In this document: positions 34,871-50,071 of the stretch, piece by piece
How the letters are laid out: the number at the start of each line of letters is the position of its first letter
Position numbering within the stretch: the stretch's first letter is position 1
Assembly: GCF_009914755.1 (NCBI RefSeq)
Contig: NC_060929.1
Origin: the human T2T-CHM13v2.0 reference genome, Homo sapiens
DNA: 64,000 nucleotides
Strand: one strand, 5' to 3'
Made by a program: the position numbers and the translations under genes
Notes under the pieces: model-generated
What the model was told of the DNA's origin: nothing
Database searches by the model: none
The model's input: the letters and a program-made list of their open reading frames with translations, nothing else

Positions 34871-35821
34871 CTAATCTCTTCAGTGAGCTTTCTGTGTGAC
34901 TGAATACTCTGACCGTTTAATCCTGCAGAGGCAATAGCAAAAGGCTGTCCAGCCATACAATTGGCTTTCTCTACAAGACAATAGGATACACTGCTTTCCT
35001 GACATTGAATTCCCCAATTTTAAAATATTTTATCATCCTAATAGGCTGAGAATTTCCAAAACCATAAAGTCCTCGTTTTCTGCCTCATAGTTATTTTCTC
35101 AATTTATCTTTCCTCTCACATTTTACTATAGACAGTAAGAACACTTGAACATCTATATTTCTACAAAAAGCCTGTGTATGATGATTTATAGTCTCTAAGA
35201 CAATACAGATTTTCTCTATCATGTTCTTTCCTTCCTTCTGAGTCATCACTAGCAGAGTTCTTAGAATCTCCAGTTCTACTCACAGTCTGTTCAAAGCAAT
35301 TTAGGCTTTCTCTCTCATGCTCGTGAATATCTCTTGAATATTCTTCTAGCCAATATGTATAATCCAATTGTGATTCCAGATATTGATTGGTTGGAGCAGT
35401 AGTACATGTGAGTATTAGAAACCTTTGCTTCTTCAGTGCCTCTGATGTCATTTATTAAAGTTGCAAATAAATAAACAGTATGGGAAAGTGTTTCCAAATA
35501 AGGAGTTAATAATTGGCTCAAATGTTTCAATTCATTAAATTGGGCATCTGATCAGAAATAATAACCCAATCATGTGTTTCCTTGTTTGCAGACCTTCAGC
35601 CAAGCTCTACGGATGAAATGAAAAATGGGAATTCTATTTCAAAGTTTCAGAGACATCCATGATGAGGGAATTATTAAAAGAAACTCTAGACTCCTAATCC
35701 TATGAAAAAACAGAAAGGATCCACACATTCCTTGAATTGTTTATAGATTTTGCTCTGCTTGTATTTGTTAAAGAGTAAAAGGTCTGTAGCTTTCAGTAGT
35801 TTCTCTCTCTCTCTCTCTCTC

Positions 35822-36123
35822 TTTTTTTTTTTTTTCTCAGACTGGGTCTCACTTTATTGGCCAAGCTGGAACGCAGTGGTATGATAATGGCTCACTGCAG
35901 CTTCAGCCTCCAGGGCTCACACAATCCTCCTGCCTCAGCTTCCCACGTAGCTGGGACCACAGGAGCATGACACCATGCCCAGCTAATGTTTTATTTTTAT
36001 TTTTAGTAGAGATGAAGTCTCACTATGTTGCCCAGGCTGGTTTTAACTCCTGGGCTCAAGTGATCCTCCTGCCTCAGCCTCCCAAAGTGCTGGAATTACA
36101 AATGTGAGCCACTATACCCAGCC
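35822..36123 (-). mobile_element. AluJ-like
   Basis: Diverged dimer with J diagnostics (GGGCTCAAGTGATCCTCC). Confidence 0.9.
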
Positions 36124-36334
36124 AGTAGTTTCTCAAAGTTTATTGGAAATGTCATCATTAATTTTTCACCTACATTTTAATTTAAATCAATTTAATTTAG
36201 TTACAATTTTTGAAATTAAGAAATAATTGTCTTAAAAATGAATATACTACAACTATTTAATCAGATATCCAGTTTAGGCAGATACGAAGGCAGTGAAGAA
36301 TATGAAAACTAATGTAAAAGATATTAAAATGGTT

Positions 36335-36665
36335 TTAAGCAGGGACTCAAAAAGATATTTGTATACCAGTGTTCATAGCAGCATTGTTCACAATAGTCAA
36401 AAAGTGGAAAAAATTAAATGTCCATCAATGGATTAATGGATAAACAAAATGTGATGTATCCATAAAATTGAATATCCAGCCATAAAAAAGTTCTAACACA
36501 TGCTAAATATGAATGAACCTTGAAGATATTATGCTAAATAAAGCAAGCCAGACACAAAAGGACAAATATTGTATCATTTCACTTATACGCTGTACCCAGA
36601 ATAGTGAATTAACAGAGAAATAGAATATGGTTATCAGGGGCTGAAGGTGGAGGGTAATGGGGCGT
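36335..36665 (+). mobile_element. L1MB-like 3' end, continuing at 39034-39155 and 39465-39510
   Basis: L1M 3' motifs split by the HML-6-like provirus and an Alu. Confidence 0.8.
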
Positions 36666-39033
36666 TGTTGGAGGCCAAAAGAGTGAGGGTCGTGATCAAC
36701 TCAGGATAGCACTGGAGACTATATGAGTAAACAGCAAACTTTTTCTCATAAATGCAGAATGTTAGCAAACTGACAAACTGCGTCTGCCACCCAGAAGGCA
36801 TGCTGAAGGCAGTCACGCCCCAAGTGCAGTGCTTCTTGTGATTAGGCAAATCTGAAGCCTGTTAGTAATAATATGAACCTGTGATCAATCAAGCAGCTGA
36901 CCAATCGTTACCTCCTCCTCCCTGCTCATTCTACCCAATAAATAAGAAGGGTTGTGGAAGCTCAGCAGCTGCCTTTGCTCACTAGAAACGGGGAGCTCTT
37001 TTCTTCTTCCCCTGGCCCCCTTCTTTATAACAGTTTCTTTTGTCTTAGGTTTTCATTTCTGTGTTTGTCCTCCTTCATTCAGTCTCGTAATGACGGTCTC
37101 AAGTAGTAAGAGTAATGTCTCTCATAATGACAGTAACAAGTAGTAATTGTGGCAGTCTACCACAAGTGGTGCCTGAACAGGGATAAATAGGGACATTCAG
37201 GGACAAACAGAGACCTGAAGAGACCTGCAGGGACCTGAAGAGGCCTGCAGGGACAAACAGAGATAAGCAGGGATAAATAGAAATAAATAGAGATAGAAAC
37301 AAATAGAAATAGGGAAAGACAGGGACTTGCAGGAACTAACAGGGACCACAGGGACAAATAGGGATAGATAAAGACTAGCAGAGACTAGCAGAAACTTGCA
37401 GGCACTGATAGGGACACATAGCATCCTACAGGGACTTGAGTGAGGAAGGTCTGGGAGCAGAAAAAACTAAAGCCCAGAAAAAATTAAAACCAACCAGATG
37501 AACGAGAAACCCCATTACAAGTCTGCTGGCAGCAACATAAGGTCAGTGTTCTAAAACATGTACTGTTTAGTGCCCTAGAGGTCCAAAGAATGAGAAGTTT
37601 TTGAATCAAAATAACATGGGGAAGAATTTGGTTATTTCTTTTCTCTTTTTTTTTTTTTTTTTTGGAGTTTGGTACATATCATCTTTTTGTTATTTCAGGG
37701 TTTGAGAGAATTTTTTGCCCCACCTATAACACCTATTGAGGGTGGTGAGCAGGAGAGGGAGGATGAAAATTGGCTTGTACCGTCTTCTGCGGCTACAGAA
37801 AGGCTAACTTTAGCTTTGGCTTTCGTGGATTGTAAACATTTGCTGGCACCTGTGAGATGTGCAGAGGACTTGGGAGGTTTTCTCAGAGCTTGTCAAGATG
37901 TGGGAACTGAGCACAAGGATAAGCCTCAGATTTGCTTTCTCTGTGTCTTCTGTTAATCAGAAAGAGCCTGTTTCTTGTTATCAGTGGAATGTTTTACCCC
38001 GCAGCAATTAACCAAAAGAGGCAGAAGCTGAATTGTAGCTTGTGGAGCAGATGCTTCAGCAACAGCATGCCTCCTGGCTACAGCTACAAAAACCTTTGCT
38101 TTTGTTTTGGTAGATTTACTAAGGTGGGGACCAGGGTATGTTTGTGTTTTCACAGAAAATGAACAAACCGTGTGGGTGCTCTCAAGGTGTGTGCGACCAT
38201 GGAACAGGAGACTGGAGGGACTCATGGATTCCAATCACAGGCCTGGTTCCCCCAGTACAAGCCATGAGCCAGTTGAATCTGAATGTGAAGATGGAATGAG
38301 GACCAACTGGAGTCACACTCACATCAACCCCCATGACATGCAGACAGATCAAGAAAACCACACAGGAAGCTGAGAAACTGTTAGAGCATCAGGGTCAGGC
38401 AAAGACCCCTGACTCCATGTTTGTGGCCATGCTGGCCATGGTTTCCTGTGCATCTGTAAGATAAGCTGGACCACCAACCAGCAATTGAGGGCTGCACAGC
38501 CAGTAATTGCCTTTCTCAAATTAATTCAAAAACAAAAAGGGAGAAATGTTGGAGGCCAAAAGAGTGAGGGTTGTGATCAACTCAGTATACCACTGGAGGC
38601 TATATGAGTAAACAGCAGACTGTTTCTCATAAAATGCAGAATGTTGGCAAACTGACAAACTGCGTCTGCCACCCAGAAGGAATGCTGAGGGCAGTCACGC
38701 CCCAAGTGCAATATTTCTTACGATTAGGCAAATCTGAAGCCTGTTAGTAATAATATGAACCTGTGATCAATCAAGCAGCTGACCAATCGTTACCTCCTCC
38801 TCCCTGCTCATTCTACCCAATAAAAAGGGTTGTGGAAGCTCAGCGGCTGCCTTTGCTCACTAGAAGCGGGGAGCTCTTTTCTTCTTCCCCTGGCCCCTTT
38901 ACAACCGTTTCTTTTAAGTTTTCATTTTTACGTTCGTCATCCTTCGTTCAGTCTCGTAATGATGGTCTCAAGTAGTAACAGTAATAACTGTCCTAGTGAT
39001 GGTTTCAAGAAGTAATAGTGGCTGTCAGCCACA
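36666..39033 (+). mobile_element. Internally deleted HERV-K(HML-6)-like provirus: LTR3-type LTRs 36666-37164 and 38547-39033
   Basis: Paired LTRs TGTTGGAGGCC..CCACA, 6-bp TSD GGGCGT/GGGAGT, Lys PBS, PPT AAAAAGGGAGAAA at 38534-38546, betaretroviral integrase C-terminus WGPGYVCVF..VWV (ORF 38107..38373). Confidence 0.9.
37167..37184 (+). promoter_or_regulatory. Primer binding site, tRNA-Lys3(UUU)-type
   Basis: TGGTGCCTGAACAGGGAT vs canonical TGGCGCCCGAACAGGGAC (C>T changes only). Confidence 0.9.
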
Positions 39034-39156
39034 GGGAGTCACTGTTTAATAAGTAGAGTTCCACTTCACGATGATGAAAAACTTCTGAAAATTTCAGAGA
39101 TGGTCCTACAACAATGTGAATGTCCTTAAAGCCTCTAAACGGTACATTGGAAATGG

Positions 39157-39464
<308 letters not shown>

Positions 39465-39520
39465 CATGGCTAAAATGGTAGATTATGTTATATATATTTT
39501 ACCACAATGAAATTTTAAAT

Positions 39521-41025
<1,505 letters not shown>

Positions 41026-41040
41026 TTAAAAAATGGTTTT

Positions 41041-41336
41041 GGCTGGATGCAGTGGTTCACACCTGTAATCCCAGCACTTTGGGAGGCCAAGGCAGGAGGA
41101 TTACCTGAGGTCAGGAGTTCGAGACTAGCCTGGCCAACATGGTGAAACCCCATCTCTACTAAAAATACAAAAAATTAGCCGAGCATGGTGGTACACACCT
41201 GTAATGTCAGCTACTCAGGAGGCTGAGGCAGGAGAATTGCTTGAGCCCAGGAGATGGAAGTTGCAGTGAGCCAAGATCATGCCACTGTACTCCAGCCTGG
41301 CCAACAGAGCGAGACTCTGTCTCAAAAAAAAAAAAA
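41041..41336 (+). mobile_element. AluS
   Basis: Full dimer; TSD AAAAATGGTTTT. Confidence 0.95.
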
Positions 41337-41934
41337 TGGTTTTAGAAATCTGAACAATGACAAGGCCTGATATTATCTTCAAAGGTTGAAAATATCTCAG
41401 AATTTTCTCCCTCCAAGATGCTTGCTTTTGGATTTTTTTTCTTTTTTAAAATTATAGCTTCAGGGGGTGCATGTCCAGGTGTATTGCATGATGATGGAGT
41501 TTGGGCTTTTCCCTGAGCAACACTTTCATATTGAGCAATTTGGAGCATAAAGTCCTAAATCCACCCAACTCTGTTATCAAGCAAATCTGTTAAGTTCTCA
41601 GGGTTTCTGTTTCCTTGTGGATCAACAGAAGTGTTGATAAGATTTATGAGCTTCATTTTGGCTAAAATTCTTTGGACTCAATGACTCCATTAAGAACATC
41701 TGAAATCACTATGCACAAACTCGTGGGCAGCCACTTATTTTTCAAGAATGCAAGACCATCTCAGCCATAGACTCCTAACTTAGCTGCATAAATAAGGGTC
41801 TCCCTGCAAAAGCTTACTTAAATTCCGATATCATAAAAAGAGGAAAAGTAATCTATAAAAAGAACAGTGATTCTTACATGTAAGAAGTGTTAAATAAGGC
41901 TGAATATTTCTGTTCTATCTATATACAGAGAGTC

Positions 41935-42217
41935 TTTGAGGTGGAGTCTCACTCTGTTGCCCAGGCTCTAGTGCAGTGGTGCATTCCCAGCTCACTGCAA
42001 CTTCTGCCTCCTGGCTCAAGCGATCCTCCACCCTCAGCCTCCCAAGTAGCTGAAACTACAAGTGGGTGCCACCATGTCAAGCTAATTTTTGTATTTTTTG
42101 TAGAGACAGAGTGTCCCTATGTTGCTCAGGCTGGTCTCAAACTCCTGGGTTCAAGTGATCCACCTGTCTCAGCCTCCTAAAGTGCTGGGATTACAGGTGT
42201 GAGCCACCTTGCCCCAC
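41935..42217 (-). mobile_element. AluJ-like
   Basis: Diverged dimer. Confidence 0.9.
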
Positions 42218-42531
42218 CATGTTTAATATATTTTTTAAGCCATCTTATAAAGTAGTATTTGTTAAAATAATCCATAATAATGAGTGGATGGTTGCTTGGG
42301 ATGGAGTAGAAGTCAAGTAAGGGGAAAAAAAAATATGGGAGTATGGAACGTCAGGTCCCGGTAATTAGAGACTAAGAAGTTTTTTGGCACTTTACATACA
42401 CACACACACAAGCTTTTCATCCTTCCAATTGAATTAGATTTTTAAAAAACATTTTGCTAAGCCTTTCTATGCAAACAGCATTTTGCTCTTTGCTTGGAGT
42501 AGGAGAAATCAAGAAAAGTGAGAAAAGATAC

Positions 42532-42633
42532 CTGGCATAAAAGGACCTCTTTTGTGGTTAAGCATGGTGACATTATGACCGTGATCTTGAAGAATCTGAG
42601 AAACCCGGTCCATCAGTAGATAATGGCTTCCAC
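42532..42633 (-). CDS. UGT3A2: UGT3A2 exon 2 (GGSHYLLMDRVSQILQDHGHNVTMLNHKRGPFMP), carries catalytic His35
   Basis: Acceptor TTCCTAG, donor GTATCT; 102 nt, phase 1-1; SH...GHNVT motifs typical of the UGT N-terminus. Confidence 0.96.
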
Positions 42634-44849
42634 CTAGGAACAATGCACAACTTCAGTTCTGGAATGATGAGAATACAGTGTCTGAAGTCAGTAGTGATCA
42701 ATCCAGGAGAGGAAAGGTAAGGAAACAGAAGTGGATAGTGATTGGAGGAAGATGAGTTTTGCCAGTCTCCTCATGTCCCTCTGGGTAAAACCCAGCCCAC
42801 TCACCCAGAGCATGGCCGCCCAAATTTTTACCTGTGGCTCTGGTCCGTGAGAGATTGCCTCTTGTGAATCACGGTATCCATGTCAGTGTAATGAGCTACT
42901 ATGTGCTTAGCCATGGGAGTTCCTCATCCTGAGGTACATGTATATTTTAACTAAGGCCTTATGGAGACACAGAGTCCAAAAGAAATCACGGCATTGGTGG
43001 AAATACAGGTATGGTGTTGTACATATGAGTGTGAATAGTTCCTAAAAAACAATGAGAGCTGTTTCTGGGATCCTGCTCTTTGGACATTTCTGCTGCTGTA
43101 GGAGATAGAAACCTTAAGAGATTGGTCCAAGAAATCATCACTGGAACAGAAGGAATGAGGAGCCACTACTTAGAATCCAAATCCTTAAGATTCCAATGTA
43201 TTTTGAAAGGATGTACTTAATTTAGGCCACACAATGATCAAGTTCTAATTAAGACATTTGAGGACAACTGTGGGGCGCTTGGGGTGGGCCTGCTGGATCC
43301 TGGTTGCACGAGAGACTAGGGAATCATTGATTCCAGAAACATCCATCCTAAGGAAAGAGAAGCTTGATCCTCAAAAGAGGTACAAGTTCCACGAAATCAA
43401 TGTCTTCTCAGTACATGTTCTAATACACAGCCTTTGCTTGAATCTAAGGTTCTCAGCAGCAGAGAAAGGAAGATCAGAAGAGAAGGTAATGTAATAGTAA
43501 ATACCAAAAGCCTGCGGGGTGGGGGTGGAAGGGAGTAGAGAAGTAGTGTTCAGCTCTCTGAATGACTCAGTTTACTTATACCCAGGCTTGAATAGTCTGG
43601 AGCAACAAGGGACGTATAAAGTACAAATCTGCAACAGGTCTTGCTCACATTTTAATCCACGTAAGAACAGGGAGCTGGGAAGAAGGGGTCCCCACAGAAA
43701 CAGCTGTTAGCGGTGGATCTTGGGGAGTCAGGTGGCTTTCTGGGGCAAAAATCAGCATTCTAGCACCTCAGAAATGACATCAACTCCTTCTTGGAGCCTG
43801 AGGAAGGAGGGCTGTGTACTTTCAAGAAGTTAAGAAGCTCTGTTGCTTCACTGCTACTAACACTCAGAAAGAGGGGGAAAAAGTCTTCAAATGGACTTGC
43901 ACTGTTTCTTAAACAGTGATTTTTGAAAATCCCCAGTGAAAAGGGCTTCAGAGTGGAAGTTGTGGTGAGCATGGTCTTGCAGTAAGAAAACCCTGAGTTA
44001 ATTCCTCATGGGACATCAGGGAGGCCACAAGTGCTCTTAAGGAAGGCATCTCACTCCCCATCCTTCAATTGCCCTCTCAGGAAATGAAAATGGGCACTAA
44101 ATTAGATGATCTGTGGTTCTTCCCAGCCCTACGAGCCCTAATTCTCCATGATCTAAAAGGAATCCATTAGAACCCACTATGGGTTGAAATAAAGTCTTGG
44201 GGAAGCTCGATCCTGAGATGATCCCTTTATGTTCATATATGTTTCTCTTTTATCTTCTATTCCCTTTGGGGTAAAAGTAAAAGAAGTAAAACTGAGACCC
44301 AAAATGCAGAATTAACAGTCCCATGAATCCCTCAAATAACGGTCAGCGGCACAGGTAAAAGGAAAGATACTCCAAAAGATGCGAATGACCTGGATCTTCT
44401 CCTCAGCCCTGGGCAGTTCTCCAGGTTTCCCCTGGTGGAAAACACTCCACTGGCATTGCAGCCATGAAATACCTGCCTGCGCCACCCTGGCTCCGGATGC
44501 AGCTTCACAACATTTGCAGTGCTGCCCTCAGGAGGGCTTTTCCCTGGTCTCCAAGAGCCTGAAAACGCTCACCACTGTTTCTACTGGAAGCTACTGTGCA
44601 CCCACACACACGCACCCTCCGGAGCTTAAGGTGAGCCTCTGAAAGTCCCACTGCGCCCTGGAGAAGGCAGCCCAGGAACTCAAGCTCTGGGATGAGTCTC
44701 AAATTTCTGGCCCCAGCCCTGCGGGATGGGGGCGCGTCCTGAACAGGAAGAAGACAGTAAAGGAGAATCTCTTTTCTCCAAAACTTTCTTCCCCACCTCA
44801 GCAATAGAGGCCCCTCTCTGCCCCACAGCTGAATGGGCTTCTCCCTCCT

Positions 44850-45320
44850 CCAGCCGGGTCCGCAAGCCCAGCCTGGAAAATCACGTGGATGACTCTGATC
44901 AAGCGCTGTTCTCTGGAGCCCTGGCAGTGCGAGTATCCGGGACGCGCCTGTCTGGGAATTCTCCGGCCAAGCACTCACCTACTGTAGATATTGTCAGGAT
45001 TTTGGCAGCCTCTGAGAGCAGGACCCCAGGGAGAAGGAAGCCCACTAGAAGAAGCACTCGCTGCCCAGCCATGCTCACTTCTACGGAAGCCGCGGATCTC
45101 AGCCTGGGCTGCGCGCCCTGCGCCCGGCTAAGGGACCCTGTGCACCTCAGTGCGCCAAAGGCACTGGCTGTGGGTAGAGGTAGGAGTAAGGATCCTGCCA
45201 GTCTTCTCTTCTGTCCATCCCCTCTTGCCCTCTGCCCCTCCTCCCTCGTGCTCCATTGGATAATCTATCCTCGCTCTACCAAACTACCAGCAGTCAGTAG
45301 GAGGGGTCGGTGAGCCCATA
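44850..45320 (-). promoter_or_regulatory. GC/CpG-rich promoter and 5'UTR region of UGT3A2
   Basis: Local CpG enrichment around exon 1; minus-strand CCAAT at 45259-45255 followed by a purine/G-rich tract; exact TSS not determinable. Confidence 0.6.
44979..45072 (-). CDS. UGT3A2: UGT3A2 coding exon 1 (MAGQRVLLLVGFLLPGVLLSEAAKILTISTV, signal peptide)
   Basis: ATG at 45072-45070 in context AGCATGG; donor GTGAGT after 44979; 94 nt, phase 1. Confidence 0.96.
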
Positions 45321-46099
45321 CTTAACCCTGCTCTGCCCTTGTGATCACAGCCCTCCTGCCTGGAAAATCCTTACTGTGAGTGAGGAATGGCAGGGACCTC
45401 AGTAAATCGAGCTGATGAAAGCTCTATCTCCATGGGACCCACCTCTCTTTTGCAAAGGCTGTGTGAATTTACCTACTCTAGTTCCCTTCTAACTGCCTCT
45501 ATTACCTCATACTGCCAGCCCCGCGATCTATTTCCTGAGAGACTTGCTTAAAATCTTGAGCTGATGTTCCAAGCCCAAGACCTCCCTGGAAGGGAATCCC
45601 CAAGGGAAATCAATCTACCATCCCTGGAATCTATCTCTTAGTGTCTCTTTAGAAGGTAACATTCCTGAAAAGAGGCTAGAGTCCTACCTCTGGAAGTCCA
45701 GGTCTGTCCCTGGAGGACTGAAATTCAAAAGCTGAGACTATCATTCTGAATGAGTATCCTGAAATAGGACTGGTGAATCTTTCCATAATTTCCAAGAGCA
45801 CATGCTGATGACAGCTTGTAATTCTGCCTCCGTGCAATGTCAGCCCCAGTGAGGTCAGGGATCACCAGGTCCGGTAGTCCCCTTTACTCTCTATCCTCAA
45901 ACTAAGACTTCCTTTAGGAAAGGCTTTCAGTGCAACTCTAAATAAGCAGAGAAATCCTTGGTTGCAGTGGGTCCTTGAATTCTGCGTGTTCTATTCCTGC
46001 CTTCTTCAGTCTACAGGGGTTATTTTTTCTCATTGGAATTTAAAGCATTACATTCTTATGCATTTGTGCATCCCTCACCTAGCCATGCCTATTGTGGAG

Positions 46100-46106
<7 letters not shown>

Positions 46107-46142
<36 letters not shown>
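46107..46142. repeat. (AG)n microsatellite about 1 kb upstream of UGT3A2
   Basis: About 18 uninterrupted units. Confidence 0.95.
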
Positions 46143-46146
<4 letters not shown>

Positions 46147-46213
46147 GTGGGAAGGGCGAGGTTTACCAGACATCACAAGGCTCCAGTTCGTCTTATTCTT
46201 GTACTTTTCATAA

Positions 46214-46647
<434 letters not shown>

Positions 46648-46885
46648 TAAAATATATAGTACATTAATGGCAAATGTTACTAAGAAAAATCAAATGGAAA
46701 GAGATATGAAGAGTCAGGTATCAGATTCGTTAACGTTTTACATAGCATGATTCCAATGGACTCTAAAATATTATAGGAGTATCAGAGATATTTGAACCCA
46801 AATTTTGAAAATATTAAGTAGTTATTGTTGCTTTGGAGAAGAGTTCTATGTAATTGTGGTTATAAACATCTTATAAAGAAATTCT

Positions 46886-47267
<382 letters not shown>

Positions 47268-48783
47268 ATTGGCTCTTAAGGTACATTCTGAAACATTTAC
47301 AGATTCTGTCTTATGATTTCTCAGATTTGCTTCAAAATAATAGGTTGTGGGGGTAAACAAGGTTAAATGTGGGTGGCAGGATAAGAAAAGAGAATTGCCA
47401 GGAGTTAGTAATCACTGGAGCTAAATCCTGGGCATAAAGAAGTTCTACTTTTGTGAATGTTTGAAATTTTTCATTAAGATGTTTTTATAGCTCTTCCACT
47501 ATAATTCTATTTTTCCTTGGTGTTATAGCAATTTTTCCTCTATACACATAAGGCTACTCATTAAATGCATATATATGAACAATTATAGTTTCAGGTATTA
47601 TACCTTCCAGGGAAACAGTTAGTCCTCGTTTTATAATGAGGACCTATTTTGTCTCTGGTAACACTTTTCACCCAAAGTCTATTTTGTTTGCCATTACTAC
47701 TAACCATTCAGATTTTATCTTCCATTGTGGAAAAAGATCTATCTTTTCCTATCCTTTCATGTTCAACCCTCCTGTATCCTCATATTTTAGGTGTGTCTCT
47801 TGAAACAGCAATCAGCTTGAAATTTTTATTCAAGTCTGTCAATCTTGTATTTCAGTCCGAATGCATGTGTTTAAATCTACCAGGTTGCTATTTCTCCCAC
47901 TTATTCTGTTACATTTCCTCTACTTTTTGGCTTTCTTTGAAGACTTTAGTATTTTAGACCACTAATTCCCTTCATATAACTTGGAGCGGGGGTGGTGCTC
48001 CATCTCACTGGAGTCAGACAAACTGATAACCCATTCACAGTGAACCTGCTTCCTATGTACAATATTTCCAGACTCATTAGGTCTCCATAAAGGCTTGCAG
48101 CAGGAGTTGAGGAGATAGCTTTGCTACAATCTGGTGTCTTCTTTTCTACTTATGGGAAGCTATGGGTTCTGCGGGTGTTATGTGATCTTCTTGTTTATGT
48201 TTATATTACATGCAGCATTTAATTACATGCAGATTGTGGAGGCCCCAGAAGGGGAAACTCCCTATGATGTACTCTCTTTACTCTATCCCGATACCAACCT
48301 ATGCATTTTCTAAACCTTAATGCCAGTCAAAAGCAAAGAGTGTCATAGGCGTCACAAAGGAACAGTACACATGAATACCCAGATTAATTCTAGCACCTAT
48401 TAGTAAAGCCTAAAGTCTCCATTCTCCTGTACATGTGGAGACATTTTGATGTGGATACATACCTCCTACTCATTAGTACAAAATCCTTTGCACAGAGAAC
48501 TTCAGAAACATACAGACTGAAAAAAGAGTCCATTTGCAAATTTTCTACAGAACCCAAATAAAGTGGGTTTCATCCTCCTTATACGACTTAAGGTTTAGTG
48601 CCAACTGGTTTGTAGCAATGGTCCCTCAAGGGATAACACACAGTCCTGTCTGTGCTGTCCTTGGAACCACAGCTACAATTGCATTCCACCTTCTCATCTA
48701 CATGGATCTGGGGCTCCATGATTGAAATCATCTGCTCTGGCTGCCTACCTTGTGGTCCCCATCACACTTAGAAAGTCACTGAA

Positions 48784-49088
48784 GGCTGGGTGCAGTGGCT
48801 CACACCTGTAATCCCAACACTTTGGGAGGCCTAGGTGGGCAGATCACCTGAGTTCAGGAGTTCAAGACCAGCGTGGCCAACATGATGAAACCCCATCTCT
48901 ACTAAAAATACAAAAAAAATTAGCCAGGTGTGGTGGTAGATGCCTGTAATCCCAGCTACTCAGGAGGCTGAGGCAGGAGAATCACTTGAACCTGGGAGGG
49001 GGAGGTTACAGTGAGCTGAGATCGTGCCACTTTCACTCTAGCCTGGGCAACAGAGCGAGACTCCATCTCAATTAAAAAAAAAAAAAAA
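48784..49088 (+). mobile_element. AluS inside the duplicated block
   Basis: TSD GAAAGTCAYTRAA (48771-48783, 49091-49103). Confidence 0.95.
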
Positions 49089-49474
49089 GGAAAGTCATTA
49101 AAGCAAACTCAGTGCTTCCTCAGGTCCAGCCAGAGACTGTAACCAGGAAACAGAAGTGTTTCTTTATCAGCATGCCCATGATAGCTTGCTGCTTAAGTGC
49201 ATGAATATAGGTCAAGGCTAAATAGCAAAATATTCTGGTTCAACAGGTCAAGCATTCTGGAGGATTTTTGGCCACTTTTCTCTTTCTTCAGACCCTACAG
49301 GTTAGCTAACCCTCCACCCACTTCCCGCTGCCTTCACCCTGGCCAGGTGCCAGTGCAGACTTACCCCATTCCCCGATAGCCTTGAGTAGCCAGATGACAG
49401 AATTCTGGGCAATTAGGACAGAAATCTCTTGGCCAATCGTTTAGTGAGGTTGTGGAAAGATAATGCTGTAAACT

Positions 49475-49480
49475 TTTATT
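49475..49480 (-). terminator. Intact AATAAA in the duplicated 3'UTR copy
   Basis: Position-equivalent to 13313-13318 with near-identical context; usage unknown. Confidence 0.5.
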
Positions 49481-50071
49481 TTTCAGGAAATCTGGAAACC
49501 TACAGTCTCCATGCCTGCTCAGCAAAGAAGGAGCTCACTATGGGCACCAGAGACAGGGACCCAATGTGGAGACCCACGAGCCTGTGTCCAGCCTTGTACT
49601 CTCAAGCACAGGGCAGGCTTCCTGAACATTGAAGAGAATATGCGGGAGAACAAAACAGAAACTGAAAGAATATGCAAGGTATCGTTCTCAGATGTTATTC
49701 CGTGATAGATGGTAGGGGCATGAGTGAGTGAAAGAGGCTGAGAAGATCTGGACAGGGAGTCTGGAATTGTCAGGCTGTGATTTAAGAGGGACATGAGAAG
49801 GAAGGAGGATTTTAAGGCTGGAAATCTAAGGGTCAGTGGTCCAAGTCACTCAGAGGCAGAATCACAGCACAGCCCTTGCTGATGGCAAATAAAGGAGGAC
49901 AAGAGGACTGGAAAGAATTCTGCTAACAGGCAGGAGCTAGTAAGGATGAATTTGTAGCAAAATTAGCAAGCAGAGATGATGTAGAGAACAGGGTTGCCAG
50001 AACTGGTGGGGAGCCCCCAAGAAATGGTGACACTGCCCAACAAACGCACCCCGCCAAGGCTGTACATGGTC

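Noticed and set aside
37180-37440. Short repeated motifs resembling a repeat-spacer (CRISPR-like) array
   Set aside because: Irregular 6-20 bp motifs in an ERV leader directly after the PBS; eukaryotic context, no constant repeat or spacer length, no cas genes
44726-45313. 195-aa plus-strand ORF antisense to exon 1 (and 157-aa ORF 44505..44978)
   Set aside because: GC-rich promoter DNA is depleted of stops; no recognisable domain
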